A DNA stretch of 64,000 nucleotides from Podarcis liolepis (lineage: Eukaryota). Positions 1 through 13,500 of this stretch are shown in pieces; the stretch's first letter is position 1, and every line of letters begins with the position of its first letter. A program made the position numbers and the translations under genes. The notes beneath the pieces are model-generated. The model saw only the letters and a program-made list of their open reading frames with translations, was not told the origin of the DNA and searched no databases. The DNA lies in NCBI GenBank assembly GCA_965112155.1, contig OZ218100.1; one strand, 5' to 3'.

Positions 1-3000
1 GGTGATTCTATGCAGCAGCACTTTTGTCCACAACTCAAGCATGTGACACACATATTGGAGCAGTTCTTTATTAAGCCATGTACAGCATAGTCTATACATG
101 TGTACCTGGAAGTAAATCCCATTGAGTTCAGTGGTGCTTATTTCCGGATAAGTGGGAAAAGTATTGCGGCTATAATAACTTTTAAAACTTATAATTTATG
201 TTTAAATAGGAGTGGGGAAGTGTTTTTGGATTAAAATCCTAAAGCTGCAGCTCTATGCACACTTATCTAGAAAGCCTGTTGCAGTTACATTTACTGCTGC
301 GTAAATATGGTTGAAATCAAGCATCTTTATGTGGTTGAGTTAGGTCAATTTCCCTACATGTTTACGCTTTAAATTAGGAAGTTTAATTTATAGAAAAATG
401 TATTTCAAATGCAACAGTATTTCTTAGATTACAAAGTACTTTAGGATTAGTGATTTTATATTGGCAGGGGTACTTTATATTCTCTGGTATCTTTTCTACT
501 CACAGAAGCATGCTTGTTTTTGATCTTTCAAATGCCAGAGAATTCTGTACTTATAAGTTTTTAAAAAGTTTCATTCCCCCCCCCCCAACATTTATTCTTT
601 AGTCATGTCATTTAATTACCATATTATTTCACTTAATTTACACTGTGAGTTTTCTCTCAGCCATTTGATCCTAGGTTTCATATTTTTTTGCAACCTCCCA
701 TGTCTTAAAAGTAAACTTCCTTTTCCTTAATTTCCATTATCCTTGACCCCAGGCACAACCTTTCTACATAAATAATGGAGCAAACATCTGTTTTAACTTC
801 TGAAGTTCAAGTGATCACTGCTCACTTCATCTTATTCATTAAAAAGTGGACTATGTATCTGCTCATAAACACAAAATCATTAAATTGGAGTGAATTAATT
901 AGTGTGCTTGGAGGGAAGCTATAACCCCCTCTGCCCCCAAACTCCTTTACAACTTAATTTTGGAAACAAAGACCTTTGGAAACTCATCAGTATATTGCTG
1001 AATGGTTGGGAACAGTTGCTGAAAAACAATACTTAGAAGCACCAGGGTTTAGACACTTCATTTTATCTTTCCTGCTGAGATGCTTGTTGAAACATTCCAT
1101 CATTTATAGGGGGGGGGGGGAAGAACAGTGATGGTAGACGGTATAGTATATTTATTGCAATACAGGCAATAAATATTTTCAGCTTATGCAAATATTTTAC
1201 TGCATCTCTGTGAGATTTCCCCTCAGTTTTGCCTATTAGTCATTTTTGTTTGATCTTTTCTCATAAACATTAAATAGTACTAGTACCAACAAACAGAACT
1301 ATGACTTTTTTCTTTTACAATATCAGTGCTGTGGAATGTATATGCATCCCGTGTGGACAACCGAAAGAGACCAATTCTGTTTTGACTTTACTGTAACTCG
1401 TTCAGAATGCTAATGTGTTTATTATCATTCTGATAGTAAATTGGGACATCTTAAAACTCCATATGTCGTATACAGTTATATGCCAAAATGGCTTCTCTTA
1501 CAGTTGTAAAGTGCTGGTTGAACTGACATCACCACAGAGGTCAGTTCATTTGTTTAATGTAGGTAAAATACATTTTAAAGCTTGCCCTGCATAGCCTTTA
1601 CTAATCTCAGTGTAACTGTATCCAGCAATTGAATTCCTATAACAAAAAGCCAGCTTATACTTGGAGTGAAGAAGTATGGCAGTTCAAATTCATTCTTAAA
1701 TTGTTCAGTTGGACCAGCTGTTGTTAGACTCACGACAGTGAGCAATTTTCTTTCCACATTAAATATGTTGTAACACTAGGTACAAAATAGAGCTGTGAAT
1801 TTTTTAACAGCAGTTGGTTTAAACCAAATATTTCAAGGCAATGATCTGCTCTCAGTTAAACACAATCAACGACACTGATGGCAGTGGGATTAACTATGAA
1901 ATAGAGAGACTATTCTGGTCTTAGATGTTTAAATATGGAATAAACTTAAGTTTTGTTTTAAAAATTGTTTGGAGACTTTCAGTGGCTAGAGAATTTTGGA
2001 ACACTAGAGACCCGGGCGTGTATGACATATATCTGATGGATACAGAATGTAGAGAATTCATGGAGAAAATCCAGGGCAGGGCAGCAAATCCGGGGGGGGG
2101 GGGAGAGAGAGTCAACCAGCTCCAGATGTTGACATGGCTGACTGCAAGCACATGAGGTGTTTCAGATTTAACTATTACAGCCTGAGAAATACTTTCTGTC
2201 TTCCAACTACAAGAAATGGTATCTCTCCTTTCTTGTGAGAAGGTGGGGGAAACGGAAAAAGTTTGAAATGTTTGTTAGAAGTAAAATGTATGTGTAACAC
2301 TTTTTAGGTATTGTGGCAGTAGACACTCACTTGATTCTATTCGTGTTGGAATGGATATTTTATCTTCCTAATCAGGGAATCGTCATAAAACAACTGCTTT
2401 AAGGCCCAAGCTATAGAGTTTTCCCTAATTACACATTTATTTAGAGTAATAAGGAAGTGTTTTCTTTTTACATTGTATGTCACATGACTGTGAATGTTGG
2501 ACCTACATTTCTAACAGCACGTTCTAAGTAAGATGAACTCTATAGTACCAACCACATCAGTATCAACTGTGGGAATAAATGAGTGCCTGTGTATTATGCG
2601 AACAGAAGTTATAGTGAAGAGAGATTGAGTACAAGTACTTGCAACAACTAGTAGCCATAGATGTAATGTGTATTCCCATGACTCATCCAGCCTGTGGAGT
2701 GGGACTGGATGAGTATCATGATTTTGAATGTGCATGTTCTCATTTACACCACCTGCATTGCGTACCTTGCCAGATCTTCCTGGCTTGATCAGAGGACTAA
2801 GAAAGGGTGCCTTTTGCTCTTTGTTCTGCTTCTCATTCAGTGACAGAGAAGGCTTAAATCATTCTAATGCCTCATTAAGGCTTTTTTTTTTTTTTAAAGG
2901 TATAGTACAGGAGTGAGAGAATCTCAGCTCCTGGTATTCTGGTTACGTAGAAATCTGAAAAAGTCATGCTGGTGTCTAAAGTATAAATTAAAATTGTGAT

Positions 3001-3331
3001 TACAGTGCTGGAGTTGATCCTTCTTCAAGGTCCTATTTTTCAGATTAAAATCTTCCTCTGCCCCAAAGTATTGGGGGCACAGGGGGAGATGAAACTTAAC
3101 GGAACCTTAAAAAAAAAGCTAGCTGAAATTTCATTACATGTATACATGTGACATTCTGTTAAGCTGTCTCGTCACTTCTTTTCACACTGCACAATTAAGA
3201 ACAAAGTCAATAATGCTGACTTCATTGTGAGTCATTACTGCCATATATAAGTATGAACTGGCATCTCAGAGAAGCAAACCACAAACAGCAGAGTTATACT
3301 AAGAGACACTGTTCTCTCTGGTTGACAGATA

Positions 3332-3650
3332 CAATGGTGCCCCGCAAGATGGGAAACTCGCAAGACGGAAAACCCGCTAGACGAAAGAGTTTTCCATTTT
3401 GGAGGTGCTTCGCAAAACGAATCTCCTATGGGCTTGCTTCGCAAGACGAAAATGTCTTGCGAGTTCCTGCGGGTTTTTTTCCTCCCCCCTCCTTTTTCTA
3501 AGCCGCTAAGCCGCTTACCAGCTGATCCAATAAGCCGCTAAAAGCCGCTAATAGCGCTAATCCGTCAATGGGCTTGCTTCGCAAGACGAAAAAACCGCTA
3601 GACGAAGAGAATCACAGAACAGATTATTTTCGTCTTGCGAGGCAGCACTG
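3332..3650. mobile_element. Tc1/pogo(Tigger)-type MITE, family A
   Basis: TA|CAATGGTGCCCCGCAAGA...TCTTGCGAGGCAGCACTG|TA. Internal GCAAGACGAA and GCCGCTAA repeats. Inverted copy at 34323-34642. Confidence 0.88.
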
Positions 3651-4654
3651 TAGTTTTGAATGTCTTTAGATGTGAAATCAACATTGTTTACACCATCCCT
3701 TTGATGTAACTGCACATAAAGCTACTCTGCAAAGTAACGAGGGCTTCTTCCAATAGTGAGCAGCGTTGTTGGGCACTCACAGAATGGAACTATGGAGGAG
3801 ACTTGATTTAGGACAGGGTGTGGCTAAAGAAGCCTTGGGGTACAATATTTGGATGTTTGGGTGGAGCCACTCCTTGACACACTGTGGTTTTCAGCATTTT
3901 CAAGTTGATCTGGGGTAAACCTTTCTAGAATTGTAATTAGTACTCTTAAAAGCAGTAATCATACTTTTTCAGTGAATTTTATTTTATTGGCATCGTTGCT
4001 ATTCATAGGCATCATTGAAAGTTATTTTGTTTCAGCATGCTTTTTCTTATGAATCCATAAGCATAGCATATCTTGATTTTTAAAAAATACATTGAATGTA
4101 GTTATATCCAATCTCATCTATATATTATGCACCTAGTATTTCACATAAACCTTGAGATTTGTTAAGTAAAATAGCAATGAAATACTGCCCTCTGCTGTTC
4201 ATTTTTGTCAGCAAATTAGTTTTTCTTTTTGAAGATAATGGTTTTGCTTTCTGACATGTCAAATGACAATGGAACAATAAGACAGCGCCTGATAAACTTG
4301 CAGTCATTAATTTCTGCTTCACAAGTCACTTTAAATGAGAGTTAAACTAAACTATGGTTTAAAGCTGCAAACTGCTGTAGCAATTTTGCTCCTCTGCTGG
4401 GAATGTGGCTTGTTTGGGGAAAACAAGCCACAAACCTTGGTTCGAACATAACACTAAGCCAAACCACGGCTTAGCTCCTAGCAGCATGGTGATAGCAGGA
4501 GCAGAGGAGAAGTGAAATGCCTGTCCTTTCAGCAGCATGCACCCACATGCTGTGTGCTAACCTTTAAACCACAGTTTAAAATGGTGTATTAGTAACAAGA
4601 GGAATGTGTATCTCAACAGCTAATGCTTTCTGGGACCAATTTGTTTATGTTTTA

Positions 4655-5110
4655 ACTTATATTCTGCTTAAATTCATAGAAATTATATCCTACACTTCCT
4701 CCCAAAGGAGTTTAGGGTGGCAAACAACAAGCAATAAAAACACATTAAAAACAATTTGAACACAGATGCAGACTGGGAAAGAGCTCAACCTAAAAGGCTT
4801 GTAGGAAGAGGAAGGTCTTTAGTAGGCACCAACAAGACAACAGAGATGGGGGGGGGGGCAGTCTGTTTAATATTTAAAGAGAATGAATTCAGAAGGGTAG
4901 GTACCACAGCACTAAAAGCCTAATACCTAAATTGTGCAGAACAGAGCTCATAATAAAATAGTATTTTCAGGAGGCCTTCTTCACCTGCAGAGTGCAGGGG
5001 ACAACTGGATATGTAAGGGGTGAGATGATATTTCGGTATCCTGATTCCAATTTGTATAGGGTTTTATACACTAAAACCAGCACATTAAACTTAGTCTGGT
5101 GGCTAATATT
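4655..5110 (-). mobile_element. Degraded LINE (L2-like) 3' fragment
   Basis: tatatcctacacttcctcccaaaggagtttagggtggcaaacaac... resembles reverse-strand squamate L2 ends. Boundaries approximate. Confidence 0.5.
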
Positions 5111-7065
5111 CCACCATGTAGTCTTCAAGGTGGCTTATGATACGGAATAAAACAACAAAAAATAAATCCAATTAAAAGAACAGCATCAACTAAAATGCAT
5201 TCCTAATAATAAGATTTTCCAATCCAAATTCCCAAAATGTCTGGCAGGGTAGATCTTGTCTTTACTGAAGTATTAAAAAATTGGTAACAAATTGTAGCTG
5301 CACAGTTCTTCAGGTAGAGGGGTTTTTGGGGTTTTTTTGGTCTTCAAAGCATTCACCAGAAAGTCTCAAAGTAAAGTTACGGTGCAATTGGATAATAGAT
5401 TTCTCACAGAAACATCCTAAATGTGGACACTTTTCTTTTGACAAGCAAACATTCTCAGGCCACTTACTGCAGCTTCATCTCATTGCAATTTTAAGTAAAG
5501 CTAAATGCATACAGTGTATCATAGGAGTCTAGTGGATGGTTTGAAGGTTGCTAGTGATAGTTTGTGATTAAGCAGGTCCAATTACAGCAGTAGTAGTAGA
5601 CCTGGATTTCTCCTCCTGTAAAAAGCCTGGGAAACAGAGGCCCAATACTGTACTTGCCCAAATCTAGTAGAATTATATGTAGTCAAGGTTCTTAGGTAAC
5701 TGGAAATTGTTCAGATTTGAATTGCTTGGCCTGTTGATATGGAAGGTACTGCATTGCAGATAATGACTATAAAATGTTAGTGCTCTCTGAAAGTATGCAT
5801 ACATCTCTTGAGGAATTATTCTGGGGGTGGCTGGAGATGGAAGCCATCTGTATGGAAGGGCAAGTTGCCATTGATCATTGCTTTATTATGGTTTGATCAT
5901 GGTCAGGAAATGTGCTTAATGTAATGCAAATCAGATCAGATGTGATTTAGTTGTTAGAGGATCTGGAGCATTTTTAATAGAGCGGTACTTTTAAAAGATT
6001 TCTTTACAGCAAAAGCAGAGAGACAGATTTGTTTTTTCTTTCTTTTGCTATATAATTAACACGTCAGAAAATACTCCTTCTTCTTAATCCAGCAGATGCC
6101 CTGGAAGGAGATTCAGGACATACAAAACTACGGTTCTTCACATAATTCATTTATTTAACATTGTGGCACTTTGCCTGTGGAATTCGCTCCCTCTAGCGAT
6201 ATACCAGATAACTTCATTTTGGGAGTTTTTGTTGACAACTTGGTACATACCTGTTTACCTAGGCGTTTGTGCTGTCTTGAGATTCTGCTGCACGGTGTAT
6301 TTTTCATCATCATAATTTTATTTGTATGCTGCCTTTCCTAATTAAATCCATGCTCAGGGTGGCTTACAACATAAAAAGATTTATATAATTACAAACAAAG
6401 CAAAAGTAAAACACATCAAAAAGTGCACAGCCAAACTGAACAATTTCAACATAACTCATAATACCTAAAAATAAAGATACAAAAATTAACAGCAATAACA
6501 GCAAACAAACAAATCCCTAAACAGTACCTCAGCAGCCTCCTGGAGTCAGTCATTCAGGGCCCCTCCCTCCTAGGCCAGGTGGAAAAGGCTTGCAAGGCAT
6601 GGAGCAGGTCTTCCAGGAATCACAACCAAAATTTATTGTTTGTTTTATAAAATTGATAAACTGCTTGATTGTAAGAAACCTCAATGTGGTTTACAAAAAT
6701 ATAAAACAAGAAAAGCCTCTTAACTAATGAAAATAGACTATGGTCTCGGCTGCTGGCTTGACTCAGATACTATTAAAAAAATTAACTCCTTAAATTTTGG
6801 AAGTAGAATTTCAGGTTGGGAACATGGTGTGGCTGCCTTTACATTATCAAAATTCTGAAAGCAAAATATTTGTTTTCCAATGTCCACAGTTTATTTAAAA
6901 TTCTTTTGATGCCCTAGGTTTTTCCAGTATGAAGCTTCCAACCAAATTTTGAAGTGACTTTATTTCACTTCATTATCTCTCTATATAATTATGTTTTGTT
7001 AATTTTATGCATAGATACCCTTAAAATAATGGAATCTATTTTTATCATGCATTTTAAAAGACATA

Positions 7066-7315
7066 CAGTCATACCTTGGTTCTCGAATGGAATCCATTCT
7101 GGAAGTCCATTTGACTTCTGAAAATGTACAAAAACCAAGGTGTAGCTTCTGATTGGCTGCAGGAGCTTCTTGCACTCAATCAGAAGCCACAGAAGCCGCA
7201 TTGGACATTTGGGCTACAAAAAAGTTTGCAAACCGGAAAACTCACTTCTGGGTTTGCGGCGTTCGGGAGCCAAAACCTTCGAATCACAAGGCGTTTGGCA
7301 ACCAAGGTACGACTG
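7066..7315. mobile_element. Tc1/pogo-type MITE, family B
   Basis: TA|CAGTCATACCTTGGTT...AACCAAGGTACGACTG|TA terminal inverted repeats. Confidence 0.88.
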
Positions 7316-7565
7316 TATATAATGTCCACAATCTTGTACAAAATTGAATATGTTTAAGCTCATTAATTTCAATGCATTCAACTTTTAATAATAGTGCAGT
7401 GTATTCCTATATGGGTTTATTTGGAACTAAGTCCCACAGCCTTACTCCCAAGTAAGTGTGCCTAGGATTAGAGGAATAGTGATTATTTCTACTTCTTATG
7501 CAATTTAAATAGAATTGTAATAACAGAATGCCTAATTATTTATTGCTTTTAAATGTCTCCTACAG

Positions 7566-10500
7566 TTGGACAAAGAGAAACTGCAAATGTGATTCTAAAA
7601 GAAGAGCCAGCTGAAAATATGGAGACCAAGCCAGCAGAATCACCCGATAAATCTAACATAGATGTGGAACAGAAAGATGCAGAAGATGCTGATCAGCAAT
7701 TGCCATCAGAAGAAGAAAAAGTGGAAGAGCAGGCAGAACCTGGTGAATCTCCATCAGCAAATGATGTTGGATTTAAAAAAGTTTTTAAGTTCGTTGGATT
7801 CAAATTTACCGTCAGAAAGGAAAAGACTGAAAAAGCAGAACCTGTTCAGTTGCTGAATGTGAAAGCAGATGAGACAGAAGTGCTATCGGAAGGAGCTGGA
7901 GATTGTAAAGAAATCAGGCTAGATACAGTGGAGGAGGAAACACAAAGTGAGGTGCCCTACCCTGCAGAAAAGACTGAGCAAGAAACTCAGACTGAGCAGA
8001 CAAAAGAAGAAATTTCTCCTGAAAAGGTAACAGAAGGTCCTGTTGAAGCAGAAAGCAAGGAGACCGATATTAAAAGTGATGGTAGCAAGTCTCCAGAGTC
8101 TCCAACAAGTCCATTAACTAATGAAACAGCATCACCCCTAAGAAAGTTCTTTACCCAGGGTTGGGCTGGGTTTAGGAAAAGGACAAGTTTCAGGAAACCT
8201 AAAGAAGAAGAACAGCAAGCCACTGAGAGAGAAATGCAGGAGCAAGAAAAAGGAGTGATAAAAGAGGAAGCCACTCCCACTGAAGAATCAGAAAAAGAAA
8301 AACCCGTACCAGAAAAAGAGAAGGCAGAAGTGTCTATAGAAGCCAGTGATGCTATAGTAGAAAGAGAAGAAACAAAAATGAAAGATGTCTCAACAGAAAC
8401 ACATAAGGACGAAGCTGTTGCTGCCTTTGAACAGCCATCACCACAAATGTCTGCTGAAAGTGTAGACATAGAACCCAGTAAAAGCTTGAATAAAATCGAC
8501 TTGGAGAACTTGGAACCTGCACAAAAATGTCAAATGGCCCTGGAGCATAGCCCTCTTGCATCATCTGAGAAAAAATCTGAACTAGCAGCTCCTTTGGCAA
8601 CTGAAGTATTTGAAGAAAAAACAGATCAGTCTGCACCAACTTCTCCAATGCCTATAGAAACGCCTGAGGAGCATTTTGAAATAGTTGAAGCCATATCTGA
8701 ACCGAAGGCTCCTCTGGCAACGGAAAATTTTGATGACAGACCCACAGAGATATGCACTGATGTTAGCACTACTGTGGAGAAGAAAGAACCAAAACCAACT
8801 GAAAAATCAAAACTTGTTCTTGAACAGTTCGTTGAAACTGATGTTGAGATTAAAGGACAAGCCACTGATGAACAGCTAAAAGTCAAAGAAAGCTTGGTTG
8901 AACTAGCAAATGAGCCACTCAAGCAAACTGAACCAAGCAGTGGAGATTCAGCAACAATCAAACCTCTAGAAGTCATTACAAATGAAGTTGAATTACTTTC
9001 ATCTCAAGAAAGAGCCAAGTTACAAGGCAGCCCCCTGAAAAAGCTTTTTACAAGTTCAAGCTTAAAGAAGTTGTCAGCCAAGAAACATAAAGGAAGAAGA
9101 GAAGAAGCTAAGCTAGGGGAAGCAGCAGAACAAGCACAGCAGTTGTCTGATTCTGCAGAAAGCCCAGAAGATCCAAGAGCAGAAAGCTCTGCTTCTTCCC
9201 CTGAAGAAACAACAGAATCTGTAGGGAAAGTTACAGATGCAGCACAGACCACTGAAACGGAAGATGGTTCTACTTCAGATATGGAGAGGAAAAGAGACAT
9301 TGTTACACCTTGGGCATCATTTAAAAAAATGGTGACTCCTAAGAAACGGGTCAGGAGGCTTTCTGAAAGTGATAAGGAAGAAGAACTTGAGAAGGCAAAG
9401 ACTGCTACTCTATCTTCAACTGAAAGTGCACCTTGTGAAGAGCAGGATGATACAAAAGAAAATGTTGAGGAACAGAAATTAGAAAAAAGCATAGATGAGC
9501 CCAAGAGAAAGGTTGATACTTCTGTATCATGGGAAGCCTTAATTTGTGTAGGTTCATCTAAGAAAAGAACCAGAAAATCATCAACTTCTGATGAAGAGGT
9601 AGGACAAAGACTTGCTCAAGAAGGACAGAAAATAGATGAAAATGGGCCCAATAAAGAAACAGCACCAAGCATGACCATTACTAGCTCACAAGAAAGTGAT
9701 CAAGGACAAGGAGGTTTTTCACCAGAACAAGCTGGAAGCCCATCTGAAGGTGAGGGAGTTTCAACATGGGAGTCCTTTAAAAGACTAGTAACCCCAAGAA
9801 GAAAATCTAAAACAAAAATGGAAGAGAGAAATGAAGAATCTTCCACAGCTCCAAGTTTAGAACATTATACTTCAGATGGAGAGTCTGGAAAGGAAGAATC
9901 ATGGGTTTCATTTAAAAAACTAATGCCTGGTCGTAGGAAGAAGAAGTCAGATGGAATACCAGAACATGCTCCTGTTCAGGAAGCTGGAGAAGAAATGACT
10001 GAAATCCATGAGGACGACTCTGATGTTCCAGCTGTTGTTCCTTTATCAGAGTATGATGCTGCTGAACAAGAGAAGTTTGAAGCTCAAAAGGCAAAACAAG
10101 ATGATTTAACTAAGAAAACTTCAGACCAGTCAGAAAGTACTTTGATTATTGAGCAGTCCAATGAAGGACTAGTTCATGCAGTTACTGTCACAATGGTAGA
10201 AGGAGAGAGAGCAGTTACAAGTATTGAAGAAAGATCACCATCTTGGATATCGGCTGCTGTGACAGAGTCCATTGAACATGCAAAGGAAGATGAAGAGAAA
10301 CATATTGATCAGATCTCTGAAACTGGAATTGTGGAAGAAATGGTGGTGGTTACTAAAGTCATGCCAGAAATTCAAAAGGAGTTTAGCGGTGACACACTAA
10401 CCTCAGAAGCAATCACAGCCAGAGAAGAAACTTCAGGTGTTGAAGAAACAGCTGAAGTATCCTGTGCTGAAGAGACAACGGAAATGGTTTCAGCAGTTTC

Positions 10501-13500
10501 AAGGCTAACTGAGTCCCCTGATACAACAGAAATAGTAACACCTGTGCAGGAGGTAGAGGAAAGCCAGCAAAACCTAGAAGAACTAAATAAACAAACACAG
10601 GAAATTCTGCAAGAAGTTGCTGAAAGAGTTAAATTGTCCAGCGAAGCACAGGAAACAATTCTGCCTGAGAAAATAGAGAAAACAGGGCAAGAAACTACTA
10701 TCCTATTTCAAGAGGCAGAGCCACCCTCAAAGGAAGAACCAGAGAAGACAGATATCCAAGTGAGTGAAAGTAGTCAAAGTCAAGATGAAGCTAAAGAAAG
10801 TAGTTCGAAGGAAGCGTTGGAGAAGAGTAATGACATTTGTGTAGAGGTGAAGGAAAGCTCGAAAGAAAGTGTTAGCTTGGATAAGACTGATGAGAGTCAT
10901 GATTCAAAGATTGAACAAGAAATTGTTCAAGAAATCATTGAAAAACAGGCTGCTGAAGAGGAAGGATTTGTCATTATCACAGTAACCCCTGAAGAAGGGC
11001 CAGAAGTAAATGTTGATGACTTGGTAAAGGAAGCCAAAACAAATTTAAAAGATGCAGTTGAAGGTGGGATTACAGATACTGGTCGAGCAGTTGATGAATT
11101 GGCAAAAATATCACATGAAGAGAAGCCTCAGTTCTCCCAGAAACTTGAACAAGTGGTGAACACCATACCTGACTTGGAAGCTAAATTAGTAACTGCTGCA
11201 GATGAGGTAAAAGCCCCTGTGCAAAAAGAAATAAAAGAAGCTGAGCCTCCCTGTGCTGAAGTTTTTGTGCTTGAGGCACCCATCCAGAGCAAGATAACTG
11301 AAGTTCCAGTGCAGAATGCAGTAACTGAAGTCAGTGACCTAGGTATGGCCAAACATGCCACATTTGGCTTACTACCAGGAAGCACAGAGAATGTTGTAGT
11401 TGAGGCCTGCATCCAGAACAAAGACACAGAGGTTTCTTTGGTAACTGAGACCCATGTACAGAAGGTGGAACCCAAGGGCCAACTGCAGAAACCAGAAACT
11501 GATATTTCTATGGTAAATGAGAAACTTGAACCTCTCCATGCTGAGACTGTAGAAGAAGACTTGCCCACAAGAAAGGTGGAAGTGGAAGTCCACAAGCAGA
11601 ATGCAGAGACTGAGACCCATAAACAGAGTGTAGAAACAGATGGCCATGTCAAAGAGGTGGAAATGAAGTTCCTTGAAGAGAGGGTAGAAGCAGAGAAGGC
11701 AGAATTAAAGGAGGACTTGGAGCTTCCCACAAAGGCTGAAGCAGTGTCCCCCTCAGAAAAAGAAGTGGAGGAACATATAAAAGACACAGAAGCACAGATC
11801 TCTACAGAAAAGGCACATGCAAAGTTGGAGGCAGATGCCTGCACAGAGAAAGTAGATGTGAAGGCAGATGTAGAAAAGGTGGAAGTTGAGATTTCCAAAA
11901 CACAGATGGAAGTGCAGACCTCCACGGACAAGGGGGAATCAGAGGCTCCCTCAGAGATTATGAAAGTGGAGGACCCTATAGAAAAGACAAAAGCTGCAGC
12001 AGAAGAATCAAATGCACCTGTTTGTGTGGAGGCCATCACAGTGAAGCCAGATGTGAAGGTGCAAGCAGAGGTTCCTACAGAGAAGGCAGAAACAGTGGCC
12101 TCATCAGATCAGCCAGATGAAAAGCTGGATATGGAAACTCCTGTAGAGAAGGTGGATATAGAGTCTGCTGTAGAGATTGCCAAGAAAAAGAGTGAAGTGG
12201 AGGTTCCTGCAAAGAAGTTGGATGCAGAGGACTCCGCAAAGAAGGCAAAAGTGGCATCCTCTGTAGAAAAAGCAGAAGGTGATACTATTCTTAAAGAGAA
12301 AACAGAAGCCCCCATAGAGAAGGCAGCCATCAAGGCTGGTGTGGAGGTCTTTGCAGAGAAGGAGGATGCAAAAGTGGAAGTGAAATTTCCTTCTGAGAAG
12401 GTGCATAAGGAGGTCTTTTCAGAACAGTCAGAAGAAATTATGGAAGCAGAAACCACTGCCACCAAACAGCAAGAAGTAAAAGAGATCCTGAAGAATGTGG
12501 AGAATGAGGTCAGTTTCAACTCTGAGGTTGAAGATACTTCAGATTCCCTAGCAACATCCGTTGAGATAATTTATGATAAAGCCTCTGTAATTAGTGACAA
12601 GACTGAAGCTCCTGAGCAGATGAAAATGCAAGATGTTTCCCTTTCCTCAGAATTAAAATGTTTGGATTCAGTTGTTACTGAGGAGCTTTCAAAGAACGAA
12701 GTAAAAGATGACTCTCCCCTAGTAAAAACATCAACAGAGCAAGCTGTAGCTGAGAGATCTGTGGAAAGGGGACTAGTTGAAGTCTCCACACCTGATCAAA
12801 ATGCAGTGGATGTCATCCAGAAGGATGTAGCAGACGCCAGCCATACCTTGAAATTGGAAGGCACAGAAGGAATTGCGGTTGACGTTCCAGAAAGTAATGA
12901 ACTGAAGGATGTCACACTTGTAACTGCAACTGAAGGATCTGTGCAGAATGAAAAGGAAGATGCACTTACTTTGGGATCAAAACACACTGAGGCTGAGTTA
13001 ATAGAGGACAGCACTGTGAAAAGTGAGGCAACTGTGGATTCTGTGAAAAAAGAGGTTGAAAACATAGAGCTAACAACTGAAGAGAAATTCACAGGAACTG
13101 TAGCAACTGAAGCAGTAAAGACCAAAGTTGGAGACACCCTCATCTCTGACTCTGGTGCTTTATCAGATGTCATCTCAGAAAAGAAAGGAGAGAGTTCTGT
13201 CACAGAAGGCAGTGAAGCAGGTATAAATGGCGTTTGTGTACAGAGTGAAGTGTGTCCTCGTAAAGTGCCCCTGGAAACAGTCCTTCCACTTCCACAATCT
13301 GCCACAATTTCAGATAGCTCTGAGAGAAGGCAAGCATTGTCGGAGAAGGTGCTAGTAACAGAAACAGAAATATCAACAGGGGAAATTAAACTTGCTGATG
13401 CTGATGCACTTGGTGCAGCTCCAGTGCAGCAAGAAATGTTCACTGAGCAGAAGGAGGTTATCACCACTGACATTCCTGAAGTACAAAGTTATGGAGTTCA

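Noticed and set aside
1108-1120. Homopolymer G/C runs (also ~576, ~2092, ~4848, ~15286, ~41025)
   Set aside because: Scattered simple mononucleotide runs with no organised pattern.
3480-3600. CRISPR-like short direct repeats
   Set aside because: Eukaryotic MITE-internal repeats with no regular repeat-spacer structure and no cas genes.
1-7500. AKAP12 alternative first exon (beta-type MLGTITIT)
   Set aside because: No matching coding sequence with a donor was found by eye; it probably lies upstream of the window.
7553-7565. ORF-track start MSPT for a 2367-aa single-exon protein
   Set aside because: The ATG lies in the intron just before the acceptor cag| at 7565 and has weak Kozak context (T at -3). 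The conserved exon starts at VGQRE.
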